Part shown: positions 28,970-42,309 of the stretch, in pieces
Layout: each line of letters opens with the position of its first letter
Position numbering within the stretch: the stretch's first letter is position 1
DNA from: Octopus vulgaris
Lineage: Eukaryota
DNA length: 64,000 bases
Reading direction: 5' to 3'
Assembly (NCBI GenBank): GCA_951406725.2
Contig: OX597815.1
Coordinates: 146,196,001-146,260,000 of the forward strand
The notes under the pieces: generated by a model
What the model was told of the DNA's origin: nothing
Databases searched by the model: none
Seen by the model: only the letters and a program-made list of their open reading frames with translations
Made by a program: the position numbers and the translations under genes

Positions 28970-31109
28970 TCACAAGGACATTAATTTTTTTAGGGAGATA
29001 TAATCGGTAACATCGGCCTCTGCACTGGACTAATATTTATTTTATTGACTGCAAAATAATGAAAGTAAAGTTGGTCTCTCTAGAATTTTCCATCAGAACA
29101 ATTTTTCGGACCCCTCTATCGATTCTGCCAACTCGCCAATATTAGCGGCAGTGACATAATTATTTAAGTTTTAGGTAGAAAACTAGCAGTTCTTATGTGA
29201 ACTGGTTAATTTACACTCTTTCCCCAGGACAAAATTGACCTCGCCGGTATTTAAACTTAGAAAGTAAAGAGTCGGAATAATTACCACAAAACCACTTTTA
29301 TTTTCCGATTCACTAATGATTCCGGCAAATCGTCGTCTTTATCAATGATGTCTTTATCAATAGCAGTTGACACTTGATCTTATCGAATACAATTAATTAC
29401 AAATAAACTGGTACAAATAAACAGACTCTGAACAAAATATACATGCATTTACTCATTTTGTGAATCTCTACCACTTTGCTACTAACATAAGATACAAACA
29501 TGCAGGTAATTAAACACATGAACAACACTCTTGCTTACTTTTGGCCTGTCCTACTCCATCTCCCTCCATCTATCGCTACAGCTTATAAGCAATCCCCTTA
29601 CTTCTCATGCATTCGACATTTCCACCAATCCTCGCTTTCTTGAGTTCTATATTTCGGCATCTTAGCTCGGCTCTGTCTTCTAATTTCCTGCCATCTACTC
29701 AGTTTCTGATACCCTCCTCCTTATCTTGTTCCCTCTATCTTTCTTATACACTTTCAATTTTTTCATAACTATTCCAATATAATATTAAGCATTCTGAGTG
29801 TTCAGAAATTATATATAAAACATACTACACCAGGGAGACCCAGAACGCCTCGAGGAATTCTCCTTTCCTCATCAGAATAACTAATAAAAATATATTTAAA
29901 ATATATTTAAAATGCAACGTAACCATTCAATTATATAACATACTGTCGAGAATATAAATTAGTTGATTCTATGCACAAATCTTTTTTCGTTAACTGCTGA
30001 TGGTTTTTTGGTTATCTAGTAACAGAAAATACCTTATGTTGTGCTATGCGTTATGCAATGGAATATTATTTCCCATTTAGAAACAATATGTCTATCTAAA
30101 AATTTCTCATACAAAATATATTATTGCTTATCTCTAGATCAATTTAAGAGAGCGGGCATATGATTAGATTAATTCTACCTATAATCATATCTTTTATTCA
30201 GCATTGTATTACGAAAACTGCATTTACTCAATCGCTCGTATGATAGTTAATTGTGAATTGGTGGAGATTTGGCAGCAATGATCCGCATACCTGGCGATCA
30301 AACAGGGACCCTACACTTTGGCTGGTTATAACAATTATTGTATTACTGGTGTGCCGTATAAATGAATCGATTCAAAAGAATTGAACACCACCTATGAAAT
30401 CCTATAAATATATATCTAATATGAAAACCTAAAATGTTTCTATAGTATATAATATAAACATCTGGCTGTAAGCTAAAGTAGATTCAACTTTGCATCGTTT
30501 GCGATGACCCCCATTATTTTTTCTATTAGACTTTTAAAGAATTCTTATAACAATTACAAGTACATGTAGTTGTGCTGATTGAGAAATGTCAAATGAAGAA
30601 ATAATATATCATTCTGTATGTGTGTACGCCGGCATTTAATACGAAAACACATGGGTTTATATCGTTTTAGTATCTTTTGTGGTAACTTTGGTTATTGCAC
30701 TCGTAGGTCTTTTGTAGTCTGTGTTATTACTTTCATTTGGTACATAAATTTTTCAAATGGCCTCTCTAACACTGCTACAAAATCATCAACTGAATTAATT
30801 TGCGAGAGAATATTTCCTGATGTTAATCAATACCGGAAACACCGAGCTTATTTTGAATTAGATGAACTGAAGTCAGGCTTTAAACCCAATGACGTAACTG
30901 TTCTCTGTTACAGACGCCACCAGGCATGACTGTTAGAAGAAAAAAGAGACCAATCGAACAATTTGACTTTCAGCAACTTCTATCTAGTATAATGTGGCAC
31001 TATGATTAATTAATCTAAGACATTAATCATCTGGGTACAGATAAATTTCTATTTTATTTGTATAAGCTACTAAATTTATATGATATCTTCTTTTACAATG
31101 AACACATTT

Positions 31110-31110
31110 A

Positions 31111-31189
<79 letters not shown>

Positions 31190-31200
31190 ATATCTATCTA

Positions 31201-31255
<55 letters not shown>

Positions 31256-31265
31256 GCCTGTCTAC
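31110..31265. repeat. (TC)n-(TCTA)n-(TCTG)n compound microsatellite
   Basis: Direct reading. Confidence 0.95.
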
Positions 31266-31783
31266 TTATCTATACCCACATACACAAACACATATATGTG
31301 CTACAAGTATATATATATATATATGTATATAAAGAAATAATCAATTTCAGACTTATTTTATTAAATAAATTTCATCGAATAAAATAAATGAATTAGATTG
31401 AATGTAAAAATGGATTAAGTTCTTATTTCATATTTCATATTCCCATACAGTTGTTTCGGACAAAAGGAGCAATATTTCCATAAATAGAAAATCATGAAGT
31501 CGAATTTGTCCTCGAATTTGTAGGTGAGATTTAAGCAAAATGAAACATAAAATATAAAAGTAAAAATATAAAGTTATCTATATATAGAGAGACACACACA
31601 TATGTATATGTAGACCTATAAGCACCGGTAATTTGTTCTGCAGAGCAATTGTTTCTGGTAGTAAAAGAAAAATTTCCGATTTTCCCATTTCTCAAATCTC
31701 TCTTGCACCCTCTGTCTCTGTCTGTCTGTCTCTGTTTTTCTCGCTCTCTTTCTCTCCATCTCTCTTACGTTTTCGATTTTGCC

Positions 31784-31838
<55 letters not shown>

Positions 31839-32454
31839 CGTTTCTCTTGAATTTTCGATTTTCCAATTTCTCAAATCTGTCTGTCTCTTTCTCTGTCTCT
31901 CCCCGTGTCTCTCTTACATTTTCATCGTTCTGTTCAACAGAGCTTCTTAATTCTATCGCTTTAGATATCCATATAGAGATACTGTTATATTGATGTCGTT
32001 TTTAATGTTGTTGCTATAAGTTTTCTAATTGATTTTGTTGCTTCATAGCGTCTTAGCAGTCACTTCGACATCATAATTTTACATATTATTCGAATTAAAT
32101 CAATTTGAAATTCCTTCTACATATTAAAAATGCTACACTGGTTATCGGGGTCAGCTCTTACGACAAATAAATAATAATGGCAATTCTATAACGGTTTCTA
32201 AAATATGCAAATTAACACACATAAATGGTAGAAGAACGTGTCAAAAATAATTAAAACCTGGTACGTATTTAAACAGTCCTTATTTTTACGTGTATTTTAA
32301 GAAGAATCGTAAATTTCCTCTGCCGATAGAAACGAAACTAAATGCCGTATGACGAAGTAATAATAGCGAAAAAAATGACATGTTAATATATATATATATC
32401 TATATACACATACATACATACGCACACACGTGCATACATACACACACACATAAA

Positions 32455-32649
32455 CATTCTTTTATTTATTTTATGACTCCGGCCATGTTGGAGGAATGCG
32501 TATAGTCATACAAATCAACCCCAGGACTTATTTTTGCAAGCATAGTACTTATTCCCGCTAAGTTATGGGAACGTAAATACACCGACAGCGGTTGTCAAAT
32601 GATGGTGGGGGACAACACACACACACATGCACACACAAACGCGCGCGTG

Positions 32650-32688
<39 letters not shown>

Positions 32689-32840
32689 GTATATGTGTGC
32701 ATACGACGAACGTCTTTCATTTTCCGTCTACCAAACCCACTCACAGAGCTTTGATCGGCCCGCCGGGGCTATAGTAGAAGTAGAAGACACTTACTCAAGG
32801 TGCCACGCAGTGAGACTGAACCTGGAACCATGTGGCTTTG
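32455..32840 (-). mobile_element. SINE family B copy
   Basis: Same modules as 43485-43925, in the same order. Confidence 0.75.
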
Positions 32841-33089
32841 AAGAAAAGCGTCAATTTAAAAAATTCTGCAAATTTTAGTAATAGTATTTTATAAGCTTGA
32901 AGCTTATAAGCGATCACCGTGCAATGACTGAAGAAAATAGTCTAATGAGGGGGCATATTAGCCCACGACGAAAAAAGTATGTTTTCCTGTACGTGCGGGA
33001 CTCGAAACCACATCTCTTTGTTATTCCGTCGAGAGATTATATGCTCCGTCATTAAACTATTTTCGTTAGTCATTGTACAGTGATGGCTT

Positions 33090-33217
33090 ATAAAGCTTAT
33101 TCTATCATCACTTTTGCCGAACCACGAGGTTAAGGGGACGTAAACACACCAACCTCGGTTGTCAAGTGATGGTGATGGTTGTGGTGGACGAACACAGACA
33201 CTAAGTCACATACGTAA

Positions 33218-33263
<46 letters not shown>

Positions 33264-33436
33264 CCTCCGTCTTCCCTTCCTTGGATCTTTCCTTTTCCTA
33301 TGTTTCTGACGAAGAGCTCCGCTCGAAACGTTAAATCCTGCTTCTTTCTTTCCTTTCCTGAGCATTCAATAGCACTATACTTCTTCCATGTACTCGCGTT
33401 GTTGTGTTTTCTCTTTGTGTTTTCATGTTTGGATTA

Positions 33437-33489
<53 letters not shown>

Positions 33490-33652
33490 TGCAGGCTTCT
33501 TTCAGTTTCCGTCTACCAAATTTACTCACAATGCTTCGGTTGACCAGAGGCTATTGCAGAAGACACTTGCCTAAGGTGCCACGCTGTGGGACTGAACTCA
33601 GTAGCATGTAGTTGGGAAGCAAGCTTCTTAACACACAGCCACGCCTGCGCCT
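33090..33652 (-). mobile_element. SINE family B copy with a nested insert in its internal (TA)n
   Basis: 3' module at 33090-33210 and 5' module at 33490-33652 flank (TA)n + 33261-33440 insert + (TA)n. Confidence 0.8.
33303..33335 (+). ncRNA. Minimal hammerhead-like motif in a ~180-bp insert (33261-33440), Penelope-like
   Basis: TTT-CTGACGA-A-GAGC-tcc-GCTC-GAAA-CGTT-AAA. Core boxes, 4-bp stem II, palindromic AACGTT stem III (could only form in a dimer), 3-bp stem I. Confidence 0.55.
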
Positions 33653-34315
33653 ACATATATACATATATATGTGTGTGTGTGTGTGCATGTGTCTGTGTAA
33701 TTATGTTAATACATATGTCAGTTTATCTAAGAATCAATCTCTAAATCTATCTATCTATCCATCTTTCTATTTTTATGTATATAGTAAAAGAAGGAGATAG
33801 AAAGAGAAGGAAGAGGAGAGAGGAAGAGAGAGAGAGAGTGTGTGTGTGAGAGAGAGAATGAAATATATGTGAAATACATATGAGTGTGTACTGGTGTGTA
33901 GATGTATTATGCAAATAAGTGGGATCAACTTGTAAGAAGCAATTAATAAAATATCATCTCCCGTTTAATAAAGAGTCTAGGCTAGTTGTTTTTCATGTTG
34001 CTTGCGATGTAATTATGTATGAATGCTTCGCGTTTGGTGAACAAAACTAAAATAAAAATCAATAGAAAAATACGCGATTTATCCATCTACAGAAGCTTTT
34101 CATAATTTACTGACGCCAAGAGGCAAGTATGCATTAATTAATGGTCTGAGTAGATGTTTATTAGTCTGTTTGTTTAGCGAAATCGGAAACATATTAATTA
34201 TGATAAGCATTCTTCTCATCAAACATATGAAAATGGGTAGAAGGCAAAATAGAGTAAAACAGCAAAAAAGGAAAATATATACATGTACACCCCATCACAC
34301 ACGTATGTGTATTTG

Positions 34316-34379
<64 letters not shown>

Positions 34380-34387
34380 ACATCTAT

Positions 34388-34429
<42 letters not shown>

Positions 34430-35094
34430 ACACATATCTGTGTGTATGGGTAATCGTGGGTCAGTAAGAGATATGGAAGCTATACAAACATATGGAAAAT
34501 ATTCCTTTTGTGCGAATCGATTAGAAGAGGAGCTCACTAAAAGCATTTTTCACGTTAATTGTCATTTGTACAATCGATTTGCACAAAAGAAATACATTCA
34601 TTATAGACTTCGATACATGTGTGGCTGCAGACAACCTCCCGCACTTTCTATCTCATTTTATAGATACACATGTATATTTGTATATTTATATATGCGTGTG
34701 CCTGTGTGAGTAAGTGTGTTTGTTCTTGTGTGCATATGTACATCAACGATCTTTATGGTTTTTGTGAAATAATTGATGTAGAAAAGATGCCTATCTCATT
34801 CTCTGCTCCCATTCTATAAAGCCAAGTTAAATTACAATGTCTATTATAATTGACGTATCAATACATCAACAGGACATGCTGTCTTTTCTAATTCTTCCTC
34901 CACGTTATTTAACAAGCGTTTCTTTTCCTAAGGTCATAATGACATCGTAGAACCTTAGATTTTTTCATTGCAGAAGGCAATTCTCTTCTTTGCTTCTCTG
35001 CTTCCAGACCCGCCGCCGCTGTTCTCGAATAAAACCATACTTGTCATGCAGAAAATAGAGGCATTCTACTTCTTCTTCTTGTTATTTTTCTTCT

Positions 35095-35254
35095 CCGCTG
35101 GCTCTAATTTCTGAGTTCAAATCCAACCGAGGTCGGCTTTCCATTCCTTCATTTCGGTGTCGGTAAAATAAGTACCACTTGAAAAATGTCTTCAGCTGAA
35201 GCCTTCCACGAAAATTGGTGGCCTTCAGCCAAAATTAGAAACACTTATTGTTAC

Positions 35255-35300
<46 letters not shown>

Positions 35301-35506
35301 GGTGTTATTATTGTTGCTATGACGGGGAGTTGGCAGAATCATTAGCGCACCGGACGAAATGCACAACGGCATTTCGTCCGTAATTACGTTTTGAGTCCAA
35401 ATTCCGCTGAGGTCGATGAAACAAGTACCAGTTGAACACTGGGATCGAAGTGATAGACTATCCGCCTCCCCCAACATTTCAGGCCTTTTACCTATAGTAG
35501 AAAGGA
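35095..35506 (+). mobile_element. Two partial SINE family A copies separated by (TTA)n
   Basis: CTGAGTTCAAATCCAACCGAGGTCGGCTTT at ~35110 and GGGGAGTTGGCAGAATCATTAGC at ~35325. Confidence 0.65.
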
Positions 35507-36050
35507 TTATTGTTATTATTATTTTATGTTTGACTTTTGCTTTACATTTGTACAAGTTGGCTCCAAGTCTCACCCAGAGACCTCAAGAGACAACAAGTTG
35601 GAAATTAATGTTGGTGTTATGCCTTGGGTGCCATATATTTGGTTTTGTATATAGTGTTGTTCTAGAGAATGTTTAAGAAACCATAAGAAAATTATGTTTG
35701 TTTTAAAACTTGAGATTACATAGAAAGAATTTTGCGTAGGATATGGGCAGTTCCCACGAGTACCATCTTTTGAATTTCTGCCATTTTGGGTTTTCCTGGT
35801 ATCTCAGCTAGGTAGCAATCAGCCCCTTTTGCTATCATTCCCAGAGCACCTATGACAGCAGGTATTGATTTAGTCGTCAGGTTCCACATTTTGCTAATTT
35901 CTATTTCAAGATCTTTATATTTGCTCAGTTTTTGGTAGGTCTTGACAGATACGTTTATATCGATTGGGACAGTCATATCAATGAGGAGGCATGATTTTTG
36001 TCTGAAGTCTTTCAGTATGATACCTGGCCTATTCGCATCTATCTTTTCTT
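35507..36050 (-). mobile_element. R4/Dong-clade 3' end (endonuclease C-terminus, 3' UTR, TAA tail)
   Basis: IDANRPGIILKD...LLIDMTVP...KLSKYKDLEIEISKMWNL...IGALG...GTAHILRKILSM*. About 190-nt UTR ending in (TTA)n at ~35507-35523. Confidence 0.85.
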
Positions 36051-36149
36051 GGTGATCTCTGACAATGTGGGCAGTACTGTCAGCACAATCCTTTGTATTT
36101 CTCTGAGACATGGTTCTCCTGGGATGTTATCTAGATGTTTCTGACACCT

Positions 36150-36600
36150 TTTTTTTTATCATACTTAGGGTACGTACAATAACACGAATAGCTCTTGCTT
36201 TGAGATGCCACATCTTTTGTATTTTTATTTCGCAAGAACTTATATTTACTTAATTTCTCAAATACCTTTACAGATATAATTTTATCAATGGGAACGTTTA
36301 CATCTATTAGTCTACATGTATTTTCTTCTCAGTCTTTAATAATTATATCTGGTCGATCAGGGTGGATTGCTCTGTCAATGTTGACTGTAAAATCCCAGAG
36401 GATAGTAACATTTTAACCTTCAACGACTGGCTCAGGATGATATTTATACCAGTAAGCATGAGTGGCGATTTTCAGCGTTTACATATTTTCCAATGTTCTA
36501 CTCCACCCTATCGTGGCGATTTTTGTATTCTTTTGCTGTCAGTACAGGTTATGCTGAAACGAGGTTGCCTATTGTTTCGTCAAATGCGCCGCAGAATCTG
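36150..36600 (-). mobile_element. Degenerate R4/Dong-clade endonuclease fragment
   Basis: Minus strand retains ILWDF..NIDRAIHPDRPDII and 'EKLSKY..KMWHL' remnants, with stops and frameshifts. Confidence 0.6.
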
Positions 36601-36714
36601 CATTTACAGTTTTGAGGAACGTTAGATTTGTAGTTTTTGTTCAGCAATTTCTGGTAAGCAATTACATATACTTGTAATTCCTGCTGTTTTTGTTTTCGGG
36701 ATTGCTTCTGTTTT

Positions 36715-37535
36715 TAGGCTCCACGTTCATGTTAGGTCTCTTTCCAGATCTTTGTATTCTGAAAGTTTCTCCCTATCTTTTAGAGGAACATTGTCATATC
36801 TTGGTATAGATAATCGATTAGAAAATATTTTTCTTGGTGATCTCTGACAACTATTTCCAGCGTATTAGCTTCGATTTCTCTGTGTGTGCATTGGAATATT
36901 CCAGAGTGTGGTTGCTTTCTCATTTTCTGTAGCCTTTTCTCTGTGTGAATACCAAACTTCTGTTCTTATTTCATAGTGTTGGCATATATTAACGGACATG
37001 ACACTAGAGTTTCATGCCCGTCAATATAGTTTTTCTTAGCCAAGACTGGGCAGCCAGAGACAATATGATTTATTGTTTCCTGTCAATTACCACATATTCT
37101 TCAGATAATTGTATTTCTTTTCATTATGTTTTTTGGTGATTTCTGGTGGGAAGGCTTTGATCTTGTGCTGCAATTAAAAATCTTTCAGTCTCTGGTCCCA
37201 GTCCTGAGCTTCTCAGCCATTGCTGGAATTTTCCTTTGTCTATTTATTTTCTGTTTAGTTTAACCTAATATTTGCCAAGTAGGGGCTTTTCTTGCCATCG
37301 TTTTATCATGATCCGTTACTGTTCCAGTTTTAGTTTGGATTTCAGTTGTTTAACAACTTTTGTTGTTTCTTATTTTTCTTCATAGTTATTAGGTACTTAT
37401 TTGTATTTGTCAGCTACCTTAAACACAGATATTTTTTTTTATTTGTTCGAGTTTTGAGGCTCTATGTATTAGTTTGCTTTGCTTCTGAAGTAGGTATTTC
37501 CGTAGTTCTGTAGTGGTTCTTCTGTAATAGTTTCC
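36715..37535 (-). mobile_element. Degenerate R4/Dong-clade fragment closely related to the 53-kb copy
   Basis: Nucleotide similarity to 53060-53900, e.g. GGTGGGAAGGCTTTGATCTTGTGCTGCAATTAAAAA and GGGGCTTTTCTTGCCATCGTTTTATCATG. Confidence 0.8.
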
Positions 37536-37536
<1 letters not shown>

Positions 37537-37566
<30 letters not shown>

Positions 37567-37656
37567 TATTATTATTATTATCATTATTATTATTCCTATT
37601 GTTATTATCATTATTACTATTGTTATTATTATTATTATTACTATTGTTATTATTAC

Positions 37657-37734
<78 letters not shown>

Positions 37735-37836
37735 TATTATTATTATTATTATTACTATTATTCTTATTACTATTATTATTATTATTATTATTACTATTAT
37801 TATTATTATTATTACTATTATTATTATTATTATTAC

Positions 37837-37917
<81 letters not shown>

Positions 37918-37918
37918 C
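37537..37918. repeat. (AAT)n then (ATT)n array with an inverted junction
   Basis: AAT units to ~37566, then ~350 bp of ATT units. Confidence 0.95.
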
Positions 37919-37919
37919 G

Positions 37920-38170
37920 TTGATTTTACTCAGGTTTGGTCTTATTCTTGGCAGGATTTATGTGGGTAGCGTGTTACTACCTGTAACCTTAAGTATCTCC
38001 AGGTTTTCAATAGTCTGCTTAGAACCCCCTGATAATCTTATCGTTCCCGAGAAGTCAAGCTTTCTGTATACGTCTCAAGGACATTCTATTCCAGTCTCCT
38101 TCGATCATTTGTCTATATCTGTACTTACAGTTCCCAATGCACCAGTTATTATTCGCACAACCTGTACAGT
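37920..38170 (-). mobile_element. R4/Dong-clade 3' end relic ending in a long (TAA)n
   Basis: Minus translation VQVVRIITGALGTVSTDIDK*SKETGIEC resembles the 'PIVIGALG' C-terminus. Abuts the (TTA)n array. Confidence 0.6.
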
Positions 38171-38425
38171 TTTCATGCATGTGTGTATATATATATGTGT
38201 AAGTGTGTGCACGTGTATATACTGCGCGCCTGATGTATGTGTGTGTATCTGTGTGTGTGCGTGTGTGTATGGAAGTCCCTACGTGACAAAAAATTTTCAA
38301 TTCAAATTGTGGAACTTATTAAATTCGATGCAACTATTGAAAAAAAATAAAGACCCCAAATACTTTAATATTTCTGAAGGGAGAATATCTGAGTGACGTA
38401 GGATCGAAAGATCAACATCAAACAG

Positions 38426-38458
<33 letters not shown>

Positions 38459-38627
38459 TACACACAGAGGCACTAACACACACACACTCGTACACACCCA
38501 TACACAAAAGCTTACAGAAACACACACACACAAAGAATATAAATTCTCATGTATATGTGCATATATGTATATATATACATATATATGTGTGTGTGTGTGC
38601 GTGTGCGTGTATGTATCTATGTACATG

Positions 38628-38685
<58 letters not shown>

Positions 38686-39496
38686 CATGCACACACACAC
38701 ACATATTTACATATATATACGCATGCATATATACTATATGCATAGTCATTTATGAATATGTGTGTGTGTGCCTGAAATTAAGTTAGGAAATTTGTTGTAG
38801 AAGATTTTCATTACTCTGAAAGTTGTTTATTAGTGAATTATTTAGAAATATTCATAACGTGTCTCAGATTTTTTTTTAAGAATTTTGTTTTGTTTTTATT
38901 TTATTGTGAACGAGCTAATCATATGCCGATGGGTCTGCTAATTGAAAACATCAAAATAGCAAATATGTCTTCAGACAAAAAGAATTTACAAAGACGTAGC
39001 GTATTGGAAAAAAAATAATAAAACGATATCAACATATATAAATATAGAGTAATACTAATTTATTAAAAAACAAAATATGACAAAAACGTCGGTATTTATT
39101 GCAAAGTTGTCAGTTTCGAAAATTCTATTAAGTTGATTTACGTGTTAAGTTCTGGTTCCGAAAAAAACCCAAAAAAGAACAAAAATAGAAAAAAAGAAAA
39201 AGCCCCACACGTGATTGTAAATGAAATGAATCACTTAGAGAAACAATTCCATATGATTGAAGTGATTGAAGTGATTGAAGTGACTGAAGCTACAAGGAAA
39301 GTGATATTGCAATATTAGAGTTTTTGGAAATGCAACAATCGATAAATATGAGAGGTGTTGGAAATATGTTGACTTATAAAACTGAACGTAAATAATCATG
39401 AAAATAACGATTGCAGGAAGTCGATGTTTGTGCTCTTAGATTTAGCTACAAAATAGCTAAAAACAAACAAATAAATATGCATGCGTGTGAGTGTGC

Positions 39497-39549
<53 letters not shown>

Positions 39550-39785
39550 GAAATAGAAAGATGAATAATCTTGTTGCAGATTAATCTCGATCACAAAGAA
39601 CATCTAAGCACCCCGTGCTCTCACCCACCGGAATGACCGCTGCCTGACCTGTTAAAATCTTCAACGCACCCACCACCCGTTTTCAACATACATTGATAAA
39701 CAGTTTGGCCATGGGCTCTTAGGAGCCTCGTTCGATTTGTTTTGCTCCGCCTCTGTTCTGTTTTTGTTTTTTCCAACGGATTTCC

Positions 39786-39878
39786 TATTTCTTCCTGAAG
39801 AGAAAGACACAATATGGTCTCCTTATTCAATCGGAATTTGGTAAATTGTGGCTTTCGAAACACGTGTAGAATGCAATA
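39786..39878 (+). ncRNA. Type I hammerhead ribozyme, copy 1
   Basis: Core CTGAAGA (39795-39801). Stem II GAAAGaCACAAT/ATTGTGgCTTTC (11 bp, 1 mismatch, ~31-nt loop). GAAA at 39857-39860. Palindromic stem III ACACGTGT. GTA cleavage triplet (cut after 39868). Stem I TTC/GAA plus TATT/AATA beyond an internal loop. Confidence 0.85.
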
Positions 39879-39928
39879 AAACGATTTCTGTTCAATCTTC
39901 GTTCAACTCCATTTCTTCAATTCACTAA

Positions 39929-40137
<209 letters not shown>

Positions 40138-40377
40138 TTGTGAAATAGAAAGATGAATAATCTTGTTGCAGATTAATCTCGATCACAAAGAACATCTAAG
40201 CACCCCGTGCTCTCACCCACCGGAATGACCGCTGCCTGACCTGTTAAAATCTTCAACGCACCCACCACCCGTTTTCAACATACATTGATAAACAGTTTGG
40301 CCATGGGCTCTTAGGAGCCTCGTTCGATTTGTTTTGCTCCGCCTCTGTTCTGTTTTTGTTTTTTCCAACGGATTTCC

Positions 40378-40470
40378 TATTTCTTCCTGAAGAGAAAGAC
40401 ACAATATGGTCTCCTTATTCAATCGGAATTTGGTAAATTGTGGCTTTCGAAACACGTGTAGAATGCAATA
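40378..40470 (+). ncRNA. Type I hammerhead ribozyme, copy 2
   Basis: Same sequence as copy 1, 592 nt downstream: CTGAAGA at 40387-40393, GAAA at 40449-40452, predicted cut after 40460. Confidence 0.85.
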
Positions 40471-40520
40471 AAACGATTTCTGTTCAATCTTCGTTCAACT
40501 CCATTTCTTCAATTCACTAA

Positions 40521-40643
<123 letters not shown>

Positions 40644-40644
40644 G

Positions 40645-41004
<360 letters not shown>

Positions 41005-41008
<4 letters not shown>

Positions 41009-41076
41009 CTATTAAGTTAGACATGGCCTGGGCCAATAATGGCCGAAACCTATCAAAGTATCAAAGTATCAAAGTA
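41005..41076 (+). mobile_element. Extreme 3' tip of the same LINE family as 1925-2615
   Basis: GTGCTATTAAGTTAGACATGGCCTGGGC matches the reverse complement of ~1942-1969. It is followed by a (TATCAAAG)x3 tail and lies inside (TA)n. Confidence 0.75.
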
Positions 41077-41134
41077 TATATATATATGTGTGTGTGTGTG
41101 TGTATATAAATTCTTCAGAAGGCTTATATATATT

Positions 41135-41525
41135 ATTCGTCGTGGCACTCAGTCGGGTACGATGACAAGTGTTCAAGTCGATCTGATCCGCAGAACAGCC
41201 TGCTCGTAAAAAATAACGTGCAAGTGGCTGAGCACTCCACAGACACGTGTACAGTTAACGTAGTTCTCGGGGAGATTCAGCATAACACAGAGTTTGACAA
41301 GACTGGCCCTTTGAAATGCAGGTACAACAGAATCAAGAAGAAAGGGTGAGAGAAAGTTGTGGTGAAAGAGTACAGTAGGGTGCACCACATCCCCTGCCGG
41401 AGCCTCATGGGACTGTTTAGGTGTGTTCGCTTAATAAACACTCACAACGCCCGGTCTAGGAATCGAAACCACGATCCTACGACCGCGGGTCTGCTGCCCT
41501 AACCACTGGGCCTTTGCCCCTCCAT
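41135..41525 (-). mobile_element. SINE family C (tRNA-derived head), tail type 1
   Basis: Minus head GGCCCAGTGGTTAGGGCAGC...GGTTTCGATTCC (A/B boxes). Body shared with 63035-63210. Confidence 0.8.
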
Positions 41526-42002
41526 ATATACTAATACATATTGGAAGAAAGCACAGCTTCTGGAAACCCAGATAGTAAATGAAGTAAATAATAAAAGCTA
41601 AACCGGACCACATTAGTCATTTGTTATTCAGAATTTATTATAGATGCCTGTAAGAAGTTAAACCATCCGCTTTAATATTCAGTGATTCAGGGTTGGTGCA
41701 GTGCAGGAGGCAAATTCCTCATGCATCGGATGCGTTGTACTTGGAATGATCAAAGGTGTCAAACTTTCTTTCACTATGTCAGGCTGGTTCCAACTGAAAA
41801 TTACATCAATGGTACACTTCTCCGTGGAACACTCAGTCATCCACACACACTAGGTCAATGATCCTGGTAGTTCAACCGGTGGAGTAATTGAATATATATG
41901 GTGGAATATTGTGAATGATATTAATTTTTTGCAGCGAAATGCAACTTCTAGTTGGATAACGCTTTGGCTGTCATACTGAGTTTATGGAAACCGTGAGTGA
42001 AC

Positions 42003-42280
42003 CAGAGATAGAGAGGGAGAGAGATGGACAGCGAGAGGAGAGAGATGGACAGAGAGAGGAATAAGAGAAATAAATAAAATGAGAATGCAGTGGAGAGCTA
42101 GTGAGAGCGAGGGGGGAGAGAGAAAGGGAGAAAGGTAGAGGGATAAGAGAAATAAATAAAAGGAGAGAACCCTGGAGAGCTAGGGAGAAAGAGAGAGTAG
42201 AAAGAGAGAACAAAGCGATGAATAAGAGAAATGATAAAAGGAGAATGCAATAGAGAGCTAGAGAGAGAGAAAGAGAGAGC
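42003..42280. repeat. GA-rich polypurine low-complexity tract
   Basis: Direct reading. Confidence 0.85.
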
Positions 42281-42309
42281 AAATTTCTCTTCTTTACATA
42301 TAAAGAAGA

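Noticed and set aside
30740-30900. Faint resemblance to Helitron PIF1 helicase (ELICERIFPDV)
   Set aside because: Too short and degenerate to support without a profile search.
41025-41052. GGCC-aataat-GGCC-GAAAC as a hammerhead
   Set aside because: Lacks CUGANGA and is explained as a LINE 3' end.
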